64,000 bases of DNA from an uncultured bacterium (GTDB lineage: Bacteria; Zhuqueibacterota; QNDG01; DSAB01): contig CAZIAH010000004.1 of the NCBI GenBank assembly GCA_964537715.1, forward strand, positions 7,587-71,586, given 5' to 3'. Positions 1 through 8,410 of this stretch are shown piece after piece. The notes under the pieces were generated by a model that was not told where the DNA came from, ran no database searches, and was given only the letters and a program-made list of their open reading frames with translations. How positions within the stretch are numbered: position 1 is the stretch's first letter; each line of letters opens with the position of its first letter. A program made the translations under genes and the position numbers.

Positions 1-98
1 ACTATTTTTTCGTAAGAAAATAAAGTGACCAATACATTCTTAGACTTTTCATTACAGAATTACTTTACATATAAAAACGATTTGCAGATTAAGTTTCA

Positions 99-719
99 AT
101 GATGCTACGGATACATAAATCCAATCTTTTCCAGCCAGATAGCAAAATCCGTTTTGATTATACATCAATAATCCGCTGGATCAAACGAAATTGTCCGTAC
201 TGGTTCCTCTACATATTACTCCTGAACGGCTGTGATGAATCTCTGCCTCCCTATCGGCAGCCCGAAAACCTGCTTGCTATCGACCGGATTGAAATTTCGC
301 AAGGTATATATTCCGTAGCGGGCGATTACCTAGTGAAATTCCATATTTACGGGAAGAATCTTTTTGATGAGACTTTCAGCGAACCGGTAAATATCCAGGG
401 CAACGTGCATATCTGGAATAAAAAACAACCAGACTTGACAGCCACACTTTCATTGGACAACACAAATTTCGGCCCCAATACGAATCTGTCAGGAAATGTG
501 CTCACAATCAGTCCCGGAGAAGAATTCGAACTGCGCGTGACATGGAATTCACACACAGACGACGGCGAAGACTTGGCTGATTTTTTCAATGGTTCTACTC
601 AAACCATCTCTGCCAAATCCGAGGACATGAGAGATTTTTATGTACAAGCCGAAGTCACCCTGTTTGAAGAACTCGGATTGATACAATCTGTACCGGTTTT
701 ATTTGTCTTTAACGGTTAA
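99..719 (+). CDS. hypothetical lipoprotein (possible lipobox LLNGC after a hydrophobic segment)
   Basis: ORF with an N-terminal hydrophobic stretch followed by Cys (YWFLYILLLNGC). No recognisable catalytic motifs. Lies directly upstream of the TonB-dependent receptor gene. Confidence 0.45.
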   Translation: MMLRIHKSNLFQPDSKIRFDYTSIIRWIKRNCPYWFLYILLLNGCDESLPPYRQPENLLAIDRIEISQGIYSVAGDYLVKFHIYGKNLFDETFSEPVNIQGNVHIWNKKQPDLTATLSLDNTNFGPNTNLSGNVLTISPGEEFELRVTWNSHTDDGEDLADFFNGSTQTISAKSEDMRDFYVQAEVTLFEELGLIQSVPVLFVFNG

Positions 720-721
720 TT

Positions 722-3283
722 ATGGCACTGCGAACCTACATTCAGAAATCCATCAAAAACCGATGGAAATTCTTCTTCAACCTCTTTTTAAGTCTGTGGA
801 TTTCCGGTTCGGCTGTCGGTGGCATTACCGGAAAACTGTACGGTACCGTTACCGATGAAAAAACCGGGGCTGCCCTGATCGGAGCCAACATTCTGATTTT
901 GGGAACGCGTCAGGGTACGGCTTCCAACACGGATGGATCGTATCAGATGCAGAACATCCGAGCGGGGATCTACAACGTGCAGGTCCGTATGATCGGATAC
1001 CAGACGGTCACGTTTAAAGACATCCGCGTCCATCCTGATCGGAAAACTCGTCTAAATATTTCCATGAAAGAAAGTCCGTTGGAAATGGAAGCAGTCGAGA
1101 TTACCGTGGAAAAGCCGCTCATTCAGACAGACATCACGGGAACGACCCACGACATTGAAGCGAGAGAACTGGTTCAGCTGCCCATCGATCAGTTTCAGGA
1201 CGCCATCGGCCTGCAGCCAGGAGCGACCTACGACGGCCACATCCGGGGCGGCAAGAAACGGGAAGTCTTTTATCTCATCGACGGCCTGCCGGCACAGGAC
1301 TGGATCAAAGGGGGCTCCGGCCTGAATTTGCCGAAAAGCGCCATCGAGCAGATCAGCATCCAGACCGGCGGAATGACTGCGGAATACGGAAACTCGCTTT
1401 CCGGCATCGTCAACGTGGTCACCTCGACAGGAGGCGATGCGCCCTCTATTATGATTCGTGCGGACAAAGACGATCTCTTTGGGGGAACCCAGGTCAGCCA
1501 CGCCAACGAAGTAGAAATCGCTCTGTCCGGACCGATCAAAAAGGAGAAGCTTTACTACTTCACGGCCCACGAGGGATTGTGGACACAGACCCGCTGGTGG
1601 CAGGACATGAATCGCTTCTTCACTTCTCCGTTTCGACAAGATGTCAACGGAATCGCAAAAGTTGACTGGCTTTTACCGGCCAAGCGTCTCAGCATGCAGT
1701 GCATCTATTCACACCAGCGATGGCACGATTATGAATTCACCTGGCGATTCAACCTAAACGGCCTCCCACCGAGGAAACAAGTTTCCATCCGTCCCGCCAT
1801 TATCTGGACGCACACCCTTTCGAAAAAAACCTACTACACGTTCATTCTCGGATACCATGACCTGATTTCAAAAATCGGCTCTGGCGATGTGGAGAGTTTT
1901 ACACCGGAACCCTATACTTACGATTTTTATCTCCAATACGTGATCTCCGGTAAACGCTCCTGGTGGACCGAAACGCATCAGCAGGTCGGGCTGCTTCAGG
2001 CGCACCTGACAAGCCAGATTCATCCCTATCATCTGCTCAAGATCGGTGCCCAGCTCAACCTGACACGTGTGCACTCTGTTCTGCGGAAGATGGAACCGCA
2101 GATGACCTACTTTGGGAAGCCACTTGTTCACGAGCCGCTTCTCAACTACAGTACGGAATTTGATTACACGCCGAGATCGGGAAGCGTTTACATTCAGGAC
2201 AAATTCGAAGCCGGGAACGACCGGTCCGTGGTTCAGATCGGACTGCGCTTTGATTTTCTCGATCCTCGGGCACAGAGACCGGCCGTCGAACTTATTCCGA
2301 CCGAACCGGGAGCGTACGAAGAGACGATCACAGAATGGGTTCCGGCCAAGATACAGACCCATCTTTCACCGCGGATCGGATTTTCAATGCCCCTGTCAGA
2401 CCGTTCGTTTTTCTTCGTCAATTATGGGCACTATTTCCAGTACCCGCTGTTCGAGTACCTCTATTCGGGCCTGGACAATGTGCAGCTGAGAAACGGCGTG
2501 AATGTGCTTCGGGGCAATCCGGACCTGCTCGCCGAACAGACAGAAGCCTGGGAAATCAGCATGCGGATTCAGCTCATCGAAAACCTCGTCGGATCGATCA
2601 CCTATTTCAGGAAAGAGACGATGAATCAGATCGACACGAAAACTTTTGTAAGCGCGAACAGCCGGATCGCAGGCGACTACGGTTTTGCCGAGTTTGTGAA
2701 CAGTCCGCTGGGCGAATCGCATGGATTCGAAATCGTTCTCAAACGGGACAAAGGAAATGTTCTTACCGGTGAAATTTCATACACCTACATGGAAGCCAAA
2801 GGACTCAGCGAGACCGAGAATCAGGGGATCAACTACGCGCAGTGGGGATTTCCCATCTCCACGCACATGTACTACCTAAGCTGGGATCAGCGCCATACTC
2901 TGAAATGCGATCTCGGATTCAAACTGCCTTACGGCTTTCACGGAGACATGGTGTTCCAGAAGACCAGCGGTCGGCCCTACACCTATTTCCCGTCCAAAGA
3001 CGGTTTCACCCCGGACCTACCCGAAGCCCATTTTTTGCCAAACAACCGGAGAATGAAAGGCCACACCTTTCTCAATATGAAAATCCAAAAGGATTTTCAG
3101 TTGAAAAAAGCCTTTGCCGGAGATCCGTCCCGGATCACGATCTACTTTGACGGCCGCAATCTGCTGAACAACAAAAATGTGATCTGGATGGACAGTTCCG
3201 GCCGAATCGGCGGAGAACTGGGCGACCCCGCCGCATACGAAATCGGCAGGCGGATGAATTTCGGAGTGCAGCTTACTTACTAA
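722..3283 (+). CDS. TonB-dependent receptor-like outer membrane protein with N-terminal carboxypeptidase-regulatory-like (CarbopepD_reg) domain
   Basis: 853 aa with signal peptide. The N-terminal 'GKLYGTVTDEKTGAALIGANILILGT...DGSYQMQNIRAGIYNVQVRMIGYQTVTF' segment is typical of CarbopepD_reg. A plug-like region 'FYLIDGLPAQDW' and a C-terminal beta-barrel ending in an aromatic residue are present. Confidence 0.8.
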   Translation: MALRTYIQKSIKNRWKFFFNLFLSLWISGSAVGGITGKLYGTVTDEKTGAALIGANILILGTRQGTASNTDGSYQMQNIRAGIYNVQVRMIGYQTVTFKDIRVHPDRKTRLNISMKESPLEMEAVEITVEKPLIQTDITGTTHDIEARELVQLPIDQFQDAIGLQPGATYDGHIRGGKKREVFYLIDGLPAQDWIKGGSGLNLPKSAIEQISIQTGGMTAEYGNSLSGIVNVVTSTGGDAPSIMIRADKDDLFGGTQVSHANEVEIALSGPIKKEKLYYFTAHEGLWTQTRWWQDMNRFFTSPFRQDVNGIAKVDWLLPAKRLSMQCIYSHQRWHDYEFTWRFNLNGLPPRKQVSIRPAIIWTHTLSKKTYYTFILGYHDLISKIGSGDVESFTPEPYTYDFYLQYVISGKRSWWTETHQQVGLLQAHLTSQIHPYHLLKIGAQLNLTRVHSVLRKMEPQMTYFGKPLVHEPLLNYSTEFDYTPRSGSVYIQDKFEAGNDRSVVQIGLRFDFLDPRAQRPAVELIPTEPGAYEETITEWVPAKIQTHLSPRIGFSMPLSDRSFFFVNYGHYFQYPLFEYLYSGLDNVQLRNGVNVLRGNPDLLAEQTEAWEISMRIQLIENLVGSITYFRKETMNQIDTKTFVSANSRIAGDYGFAEFVNSPLGESHGFEIVLKRDKGNVLTGEISYTYMEAKGLSETENQGINYAQWGFPISTHMYYLSWDQRHTLKCDLGFKLPYGFHGDMVFQKTSGRPYTYFPSKDGFTPDLPEAHFLPNNRRMKGHTFLNMKIQKDFQLKKAFAGDPSRITIYFDGRNLLNNKNVIWMDSSGRIGGELGDPAAYEIGRRMNFGVQLTY

Positions 3284-3458
3284 ATTCGAAAAATATTTTC
3301 GAATTTTCCTTGATTTCCTAAAATATTTCCATTATTTTTAAACAACCATTGTACAAACACACTTCCTCTTGAACCGGTAATGAATTTAAGGTTATTACCA
3401 TCCTGATAAGCAATTCGATCTGAAATAAAATGTATAATTCCTGTATATATGAATTATC

Positions 3459-3523
3459 ACATTCCTAATATTATGAACTTTTCCTGTATTATGTATATTT
3501 ATTCCTAATATTAGGAATAAAAA
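3459..3523. promoter_or_regulatory. AT-rich putative operator region: 22-bp perfect palindrome TTATTCCTAATATTAGGAATAA plus repeated half-site ATTCCTAATATTA and repeated TTCCTGTAT(A/T)ATG
   Basis: Read directly in the sequence. The palindrome sits at about 3498-3523, roughly 60 bp upstream of the ORF starting at 3583. A half-site copy sits at 3461-3473. Confidence 0.35.
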
Positions 3524-3582
3524 TTGAAGGGGAATTTAACAGTATAACACCATATTAATATATAGATAAAGGGAGAATTTGC

Positions 3583-4290
3583 ATGTTAGATAATAAGAAT
3601 AAAAAGAATCCAGATAATTTTATTACAAAAGAACAATTTAAATGCCTAGAAACAAGATTTGAAGATTATAAAAAGTATTCAAATTGGGTAGGTGGCAGTA
3701 TATCATTGATAATAGCAGCGTTTTTAATCCTTTTTGGCTTAAATTTAAGTTCAGAGAAGGAAAGTATAAAGAAATTAAAAGGTGATTTAGTAAATGAAAT
3801 TCATGAAAGCCTTGGAAAAGGCGAAAAAAAACCTGTGTTAATATTATGTGATAAATGGGGAAATAATATCGCGGATGGAATTCTTGACTGTTATTTAGAT
3901 AGTACAAAAATAATAAAAGATCAAATTACCTTAAATATTTTTGTTATTGTTAAAAATATTGGGAGTGCTCATTCAGGAGAAATATGGATAAAATTTTATG
4001 CTAATGAACCTATAGCTTTGGGTACTATGGCTGAAGAGGAACCGTCATTTAAATGGTACACTGAGTTGAAACCTAAAGATCATTCATTAGGGGTTTTACC
4101 AGGCGGAGGATATGTTGCACATCATGGAGTTGCTATTGGAATTCGGAAAGATAGGAAAACAAAAATTAAAGAAAAATTATATCCTTTTATGATAAGATTA
4201 TATTATGGAAGTAGCCAAGTTGATGAATTTAATTTTAAAATAAAAGTTAGTTACAATAAGATGTCATCGGATGACTCGACAAGTTCGTAG
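3583..4290 (+). CDS. hypothetical membrane-anchored protein (single TM), AT-rich/Lys-Asn-Ile-rich
   Basis: 235-aa ORF with one hydrophobic helix (VGGSISLIIAAFLILFGL). The codon composition is strongly AT-biased relative to its neighbours. No recognisable motif. Confidence 0.45.
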   Translation: MLDNKNKKNPDNFITKEQFKCLETRFEDYKKYSNWVGGSISLIIAAFLILFGLNLSSEKESIKKLKGDLVNEIHESLGKGEKKPVLILCDKWGNNIADGILDCYLDSTKIIKDQITLNIFVIVKNIGSAHSGEIWIKFYANEPIALGTMAEEEPSFKWYTELKPKDHSLGVLPGGGYVAHHGVAIGIRKDRKTKIKEKLYPFMIRLYYGSSQVDEFNFKIKVSYNKMSSDDSTSS

Positions 4291-4295
4291 ACAAG

Positions 4296-4452
4296 GTGGT
4301 GCGACGATCCACCGATTATTGATGAGTGTCAAGTACAGGCTTCTTACCCACCACACATTGATGGATCACAGACGTATACTTTTAACTTTCCAATGAATCG
4401 GTCGGACTTTGGAGTTCGTAGGGTGGCTCGTAGACCCACCGATTATCGAAAG
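4296..4452. repeat. REP-like hairpin repeats (GGTGG-N9-CCACC followed by GATTATYGA) at 4296-4327 and 4411-4452, enclosing copy 1 of an ~80-100 bp direct repeat (4313-4412)
   Basis: Sequence 'ggtggtgcgacgatccaccgattattgatgag' (4296) is related to 'ggtggctcgtagacccaccgattatcgaaagg' (4421) and to 'ggtgggttgtagaaccactgattttcgatgg' (5023). Sequence 'gtacaggcttcttacccaccacacattgatggatcacagacg...aactttccaatgaatcggtcggactttgg' recurs at 6545-6642. Confidence 0.7.
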
Positions 4453-4519
4453 GCGCGTGAATTCACAAAACATTTTACATCATAAAATTAAGTGTAACCC
4501 TAAAAGAGAGAGGGATATT

Positions 4520-4996
4520 ATGAAAAACTTTAATATTTTTGTTTTAGGAACAGTCCTCTTAATCATCAGTAGTTGCACTCAGAAAATTGATATCGAGGCC
4601 GAAAAAGCCAAAGTCAATAAGGTACTTGATCAAGTTATCCAAGTGATGGAAACAGAAGATATGGATTTACTTTCCGATCTCTTTGCACATGATCCCAACA
4701 TGGTATGTATCGGCACCGATGCAGGCGAGTGGATTACTGGTTGGGAAGCACTGAAAACAGTCATGCAAGAACAGTTCGCTGCCACAGAAAATTCCAAACT
4801 TGCAGTTAAAGATCGAATCATAAAAGTTCACGATTCGGGAAAGGTGGCTTGGTTTGCAGAGATTATTGATTGGAATATGATATCTGAAGGTAAAAAAATA
4901 AAAATGGAAGGACTAAGAGGGACTGGTGTATTAGTGAAACAAAATGCCAACTGGGTTGTCATCCAATTACACTATTCCTTGCCTGCAGGAGGATAA
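4520..4996 (+). CDS. NTF2/SnoaL-like (DUF4440-like) lipoprotein
   Basis: Internal ATG at 4520 with upstream RBS 'agagaggga'. The listed ORF begins at a TTG at 4409 that lies inside the repeat element. Lipoprotein signal MKNFNIFVLGTVLLIISSC. The ~130-aa body has a pattern typical of SnoaL/NTF2-fold proteins (W..ITGWEAL...WVVIQLHYS). Confidence 0.65.
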   Translation: MKNFNIFVLGTVLLIISSCTQKIDIEAEKAKVNKVLDQVIQVMETEDMDLLSDLFAHDPNMVCIGTDAGEWITGWEALKTVMQEQFAATENSKLAVKDRIIKVHDSGKVAWFAEIIDWNMISEGKKIKMEGLRGTGVLVKQNANWVVIQLHYSLPAGG

Positions 4997-5009
4997 AAAC
5001 TTTGTTCGT

Positions 5010-5053
5010 ACGGTGGGTTGTAGAACCACTGATTTTCGATGGGCATCATAGTG
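5010..5053. repeat. third copy of the REP-like hairpin element (ctttgttcgtacggtgggttgtagaaccactgattttcgatgg)
   Basis: Near-identical to 4405-4452. Located just downstream of the stop of the preceding gene. Confidence 0.65.
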
Positions 5054-5278
5054 CGGGCTTCGATCATCGTTAGGCCCTGCGAGCAGAAAATGATTTGAAA
5101 ATCAGAAAAACGTTTCTAATTTTAAATCTTTTAAGAAGGTGATGTCCTATGATTGTTAAAAACGATTGACCAAATATAGAGGAATAGAAAAGAGCGGTCA
5201 TTTTATTCAATACTCAAACAAAGAGTTGAACGATGATTTGACCAATTTTACAAGAACAACAAAAAAAGGAGCATAACG

Positions 5279-6457
5279 ATGTATAAGAAATCTTTTGTTC
5301 TGTTAACAGCATATGTTATGGCCTTTTTATTTACACATCAACATATGTATTCTCAAACAATTGTGGCCAGCGGAGAATGGGGTCAACATAGTTATTATAT
5401 AGTTTCATATTACATGCAAACCTGGGAGGTTTCAAAAGCCAATACAAAAATATTAATAGGACCGGATGCATATCTGGCTACCTTAACAAGTCAGGAGGAG
5501 CATGATTTTGTCGCAAATCTTTTGGAAGGAGTGACTGGTCCAGACTTATATGCAGAATATTGGCTTGGCGGTTATCAACAAGATCCGAATGCCCCTCTTG
5601 ATGAGACATGGGCATGGATAACCGGTGAAAATTGGAACTATATAAACTGGGCGGATACCGAACCCAATGATTATTACGGACCATTCTCGGAAGCCAATCT
5701 CGGAATAGCAAACTGGTATGACGGTTGGAGGTGGAACGATCAAGGACAATTACATGACAATCTTAGAGGCTATGTCGCAGAAGAAGGAGCAATACAAGTC
5801 CAGATCGACATCAAACCTTGTAGCGACCTGAATATAATAAATTGCAGGAATAGAAATGGAGTCATCCCGGTAGCAATCTTGAGCACCGATGATTTCGACG
5901 CCACAATAGTGGATCACACAACAGTAATTTTTGAAGGCGCCAGCGAAACACATATCAATAAAAGAACCGGCCTCCCTCGCCGACATGAAAAAGACGTGGA
6001 TCATGATGGAGATACCGATCTGGTTTTCCATTTTCGTCGTTGTGAAACGGATTTGACCTGCGAATCTGAAGTAGGTGTTCTTACTGGCAGCACATTTGAC
6101 GGCTATTTAATTTACGGTGAAGACGATGTGCGTATGGTAAAAAGGAAGAGACATTCATTTTATGCGAGTGATATTGCCAAAGATTATATTTTGTCTGATA
6201 ATTTTCCCAATCCATTTAACCTGGAAACAAAAATACAATTCTATATTCCAAAATCGAGTCATGTTGCTGTAAGAATATACAACTCCCTGGGAGAAGAAGT
6301 TCGAATATTAACGGATAAACAATTCGAAACTGGTTATCATAGCGTCATATGGAATGGTAAAAATAATGCAGGCAATACGGTTCCCAGCGGATTATATCTC
6401 ATTCATTTTCGATCAGAGAATTATTTCCAAATGAAGAAGATGATGCTTTTAAAATAA
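5279..6457 (+). CDS. secreted C-type-lectin-like domain protein with T9SS (Por) C-terminal sorting domain
   Basis: Signal peptide. CTLD-like block 'YLATLTSQEEHDFVANLL...YWLGGYQQDP...WAWITGENWNYINWADTEPND...WYDGWRWNDQGQ' with EPN and WND motifs. C-terminal 'NFPNPFNLETKIQFYIPKSSHVAVRIYNSLGEEVRIL...GYHSVIWNGKNNAGNTVPSGLYLIHF' is a typical T9SS CTD. Confidence 0.75.
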   Translation: MYKKSFVLLTAYVMAFLFTHQHMYSQTIVASGEWGQHSYYIVSYYMQTWEVSKANTKILIGPDAYLATLTSQEEHDFVANLLEGVTGPDLYAEYWLGGYQQDPNAPLDETWAWITGENWNYINWADTEPNDYYGPFSEANLGIANWYDGWRWNDQGQLHDNLRGYVAEEGAIQVQIDIKPCSDLNIINCRNRNGVIPVAILSTDDFDATIVDHTTVIFEGASETHINKRTGLPRRHEKDVDHDGDTDLVFHFRRCETDLTCESEVGVLTGSTFDGYLIYGEDDVRMVKRKRHSFYASDIAKDYILSDNFPNPFNLETKIQFYIPKSSHVAVRIYNSLGEEVRILTDKQFETGYHSVIWNGKNNAGNTVPSGLYLIHFRSENYFQMKKMMLLK

Positions 6458-6476
6458 ATCAAAAGCGCTGGTCATT

Positions 6477-6506
6477 CTGCGCCCAGGATATACTTCCTGG
6501 GCGCAG
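6477..6506 (+). terminator. strong hairpin (11-bp perfect stem CTGCGCCCAGG/CCTGGGCGCAG, 8-nt loop) immediately after the lectin gene; no U-tract
   Basis: Read directly. Could be a Rho-dependent or non-canonical terminator, or a protein-binding hairpin. Confidence 0.4.
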
Positions 6507-6544
6507 AACACATGGAATATCTATCCCGAAAATCTTCGATCATC

Positions 6545-6642
6545 TTGCTGATGAATATCATAGTGTAGGCTTACTGCCACCACACATTGATAAATCATAG
6601 ACGCATTCTTTTTAACTTTCCAATGAATCGGTCGGATTTTCG
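6545..6642. repeat. copy 2 of the ~80-100 bp direct repeat that also occurs at 4313-4412
   Basis: '...tgatgaatatcatagtgtaggcttactgccaccacacattgataaatcatagacgcattctttttaactttccaatgaatcggtcggattttcg' is about 85% identical to copy 1. Confidence 0.75.
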
Positions 6643-6667
6643 AATCTCTCAACACAACAAGTAAAAA

Positions 6668-7306
6668 TCAAATCCGATACAAATATTGCTTCTGAATCAG
6701 CGTGCTTTTTTCTCCCAGACAAGTCCAACCGGCATTGTTTAACATCTTTTTCCAGCGTTCAGGATCAATCGGATAGATGCGCTCTCCCAAAAGATTTCTC
6801 AATTTGTTCAAAAACGAAGGCTGTGAAATCGTGATGAGAACATGCCCTTGATTTTTTAAGATCCGCTGGACTTCATTCACAAAATTTTCTTTATCACGGA
6901 GATACTCGGTGATTCCGATGGCGGAGACCATGGAGGTGCAGTTCTTCCGAAAAGGGAGATGATGGGTAGAACCGACAACGCCCAACAATCCATGCCGATT
7001 TTTGACCGCATTTTTTGACATATTCGGCGAGTGATCCAGTCCGATAATCGAAACAGAATCGGGGAAAATGTCCAATGTGGATCCGGCACCGGTTCCCAGA
7101 TCAATCACCAATTGATATGGCGATGGAATGGCGCGAAGAAGAGATCGGAGATTTGCGATTTCACTATCAAGTAGACGGCGAAAAAGAGGCAACCGGCGAA
7201 ACCGAAAATAGACTGCGGCTTTGACATTCCATAGTTTCATCACGATTGTATTCCAGAAGAATCGCAGACGAAGAACAACTCCGTCTCTAACTGATTTGGT
7301 TTTCAA
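6668..7306 (-). CDS. class I SAM-dependent methyltransferase (Methyltransf_11-like)
   Basis: Motif I 'VIDLGTGAGSTLD' and downstream 'VISQPSF'-type segment. The true start is probably the internal Met near 7240 (MKLWNV...). Confidence 0.7.
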   Translation of the reverse strand: MKTKSVRDGVVLRLRFFWNTIVMKLWNVKAAVYFRFRRLPLFRRLLDSEIANLRSLLRAIPSPYQLVIDLGTGAGSTLDIFPDSVSIIGLDHSPNMSKNAVKNRHGLLGVVGSTHHLPFRKNCTSMVSAIGITEYLRDKENFVNEVQRILKNQGHVLITISQPSFLNKLRNLLGERIYPIDPERWKKMLNNAGWTCLGEKSTLIQKQYLYRI

Positions 7307-7337
7307 TCAACGAACGGATCATCGAATCCCCGTACCC

Positions 7338-8261
7338 TCAGGAGGGGGAACACAAAACTTCGATCTGGTCGTGGTGCAGCGTCAGTTCCAGATGCTTGCC
7401 TTCGACGCAGAGCGTCTCTCCGTCCGCGTGGGCCGGCAGTATACCTTTCAGCGCAGTGACAGTGAGACGGGAAGCCTGTTCCATCTGAATGCATTTCTTG
7501 CCGACCTGCGTTCCTTTCATAAAATGAAAAATCAGGGATAACACCCGAAGATGTCCCGCCTCTCCGGCAATACAAAGATCGAACAATCCATCGTTCGGCA
7601 GAGAAGTCGGAGCCATATAAAAACCACCGCCCATTCGCCGACCGTTCATTACAGAGAGCATTAAAGAGGGCTGGATGAGTTTATGATTGTTGAATTCAAT
7701 CTCAACGGTTGGCGCTTTGTAATAGAGAAAGAGCACTTTGAATGCTGCAACCGCATAGCCGAGAAATCCGCTCAGATATTTCATCTTGGCCGCTTCAAAA
7801 CCGACAACGGCGTCAAAACCGATTCCGATCCCATTTCCGAAATACCGGCCTTCCTGCCCATCCACGGATACGTGGCCCACATCGATTTTCTTTTTAAAAC
7901 CTTCGGCCAGCACTTTGCATCCCGCCTCCAGGCCGTGAGGAATATTCGCTCCATAACCAAAATCGTTTCCTCGCCCGACGCAGATCACACCCATGACCGG
8001 GCAATGATCGTGCATTTTTTTGGCCTCCATCAAACCGTTCAGTACTTCATTGGCGGTTCCGTCTCCACCCATGGCGACGACCACATCCACCTTTTCTTTG
8101 GCGGCCAGTTTTGTCAATTCGGACGCATGCCACGGCCTTTCCGTGTAAATCAGATCATATGCAAGTTGATATTCTTCCAAAAGTTTTTTAACGTCAGGCA
8201 CAGCTTTGGCGGCATGTCCCTTCCCTGCCATCGGATTGACAATGATGCGAAACTTTGGCAT
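7338..8261 (-). CDS. YegS/BmrU/DgkA-family lipid kinase (DAGK catalytic domain)
   Basis: N-terminus 'FRIIVNPMAGKGHA', 'VVAMGGDGTANEVLNGL' (GGDGT motif), and a C-terminal beta-sandwich segment. Confidence 0.8.
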   Translation of the reverse strand: MPKFRIIVNPMAGKGHAAKAVPDVKKLLEEYQLAYDLIYTERPWHASELTKLAAKEKVDVVVAMGGDGTANEVLNGLMEAKKMHDHCPVMGVICVGRGNDFGYGANIPHGLEAGCKVLAEGFKKKIDVGHVSVDGQEGRYFGNGIGIGFDAVVGFEAAKMKYLSGFLGYAVAAFKVLFLYYKAPTVEIEFNNHKLIQPSLMLSVMNGRRMGGGFYMAPTSLPNDGLFDLCIAGEAGHLRVLSLIFHFMKGTQVGKKCIQMEQASRLTVTALKGILPAHADGETLCVEGKHLELTLHHDQIEVLCSPS

Positions 8262-8410
8262 GCTCTCTCTCCCGTTCTTTTGTTCATGAACAAACGACCA
8301 CCCGTAAAGCGGATATCTTTTAATTCATCCCGAATGGTCGGGATGGACTAAAAGTAGGCACGTCTGTGCCTACCAGTTTCTGATCGAGTCCCGATTTATC
8401 GGGATGAAGA

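Noticed and set aside
1052-1639. 195-aa minus-strand ORF
   Set aside because: Antisense inside the TonB-dependent-receptor-like gene.
4409-4519. TTG-initiated N-terminal extension of the NTF2-like lipoprotein ORF
   Set aside because: The extension lies within the REP-like repeat element and precedes a good RBS plus an ATG that starts a canonical lipoprotein signal peptide.
4296-5053. GGTGG-N9-CCACC hairpins as intrinsic terminators
   Set aside because: They follow gene ends but lack a downstream U-tract (followed by GATTATCGA). They are better described as REP-like repeats; a terminator role is not supported.
7683-8351. 222-aa plus-strand ORF
   Set aside because: Antisense to the YegS-like lipid kinase gene, which has clear DAGK motifs.
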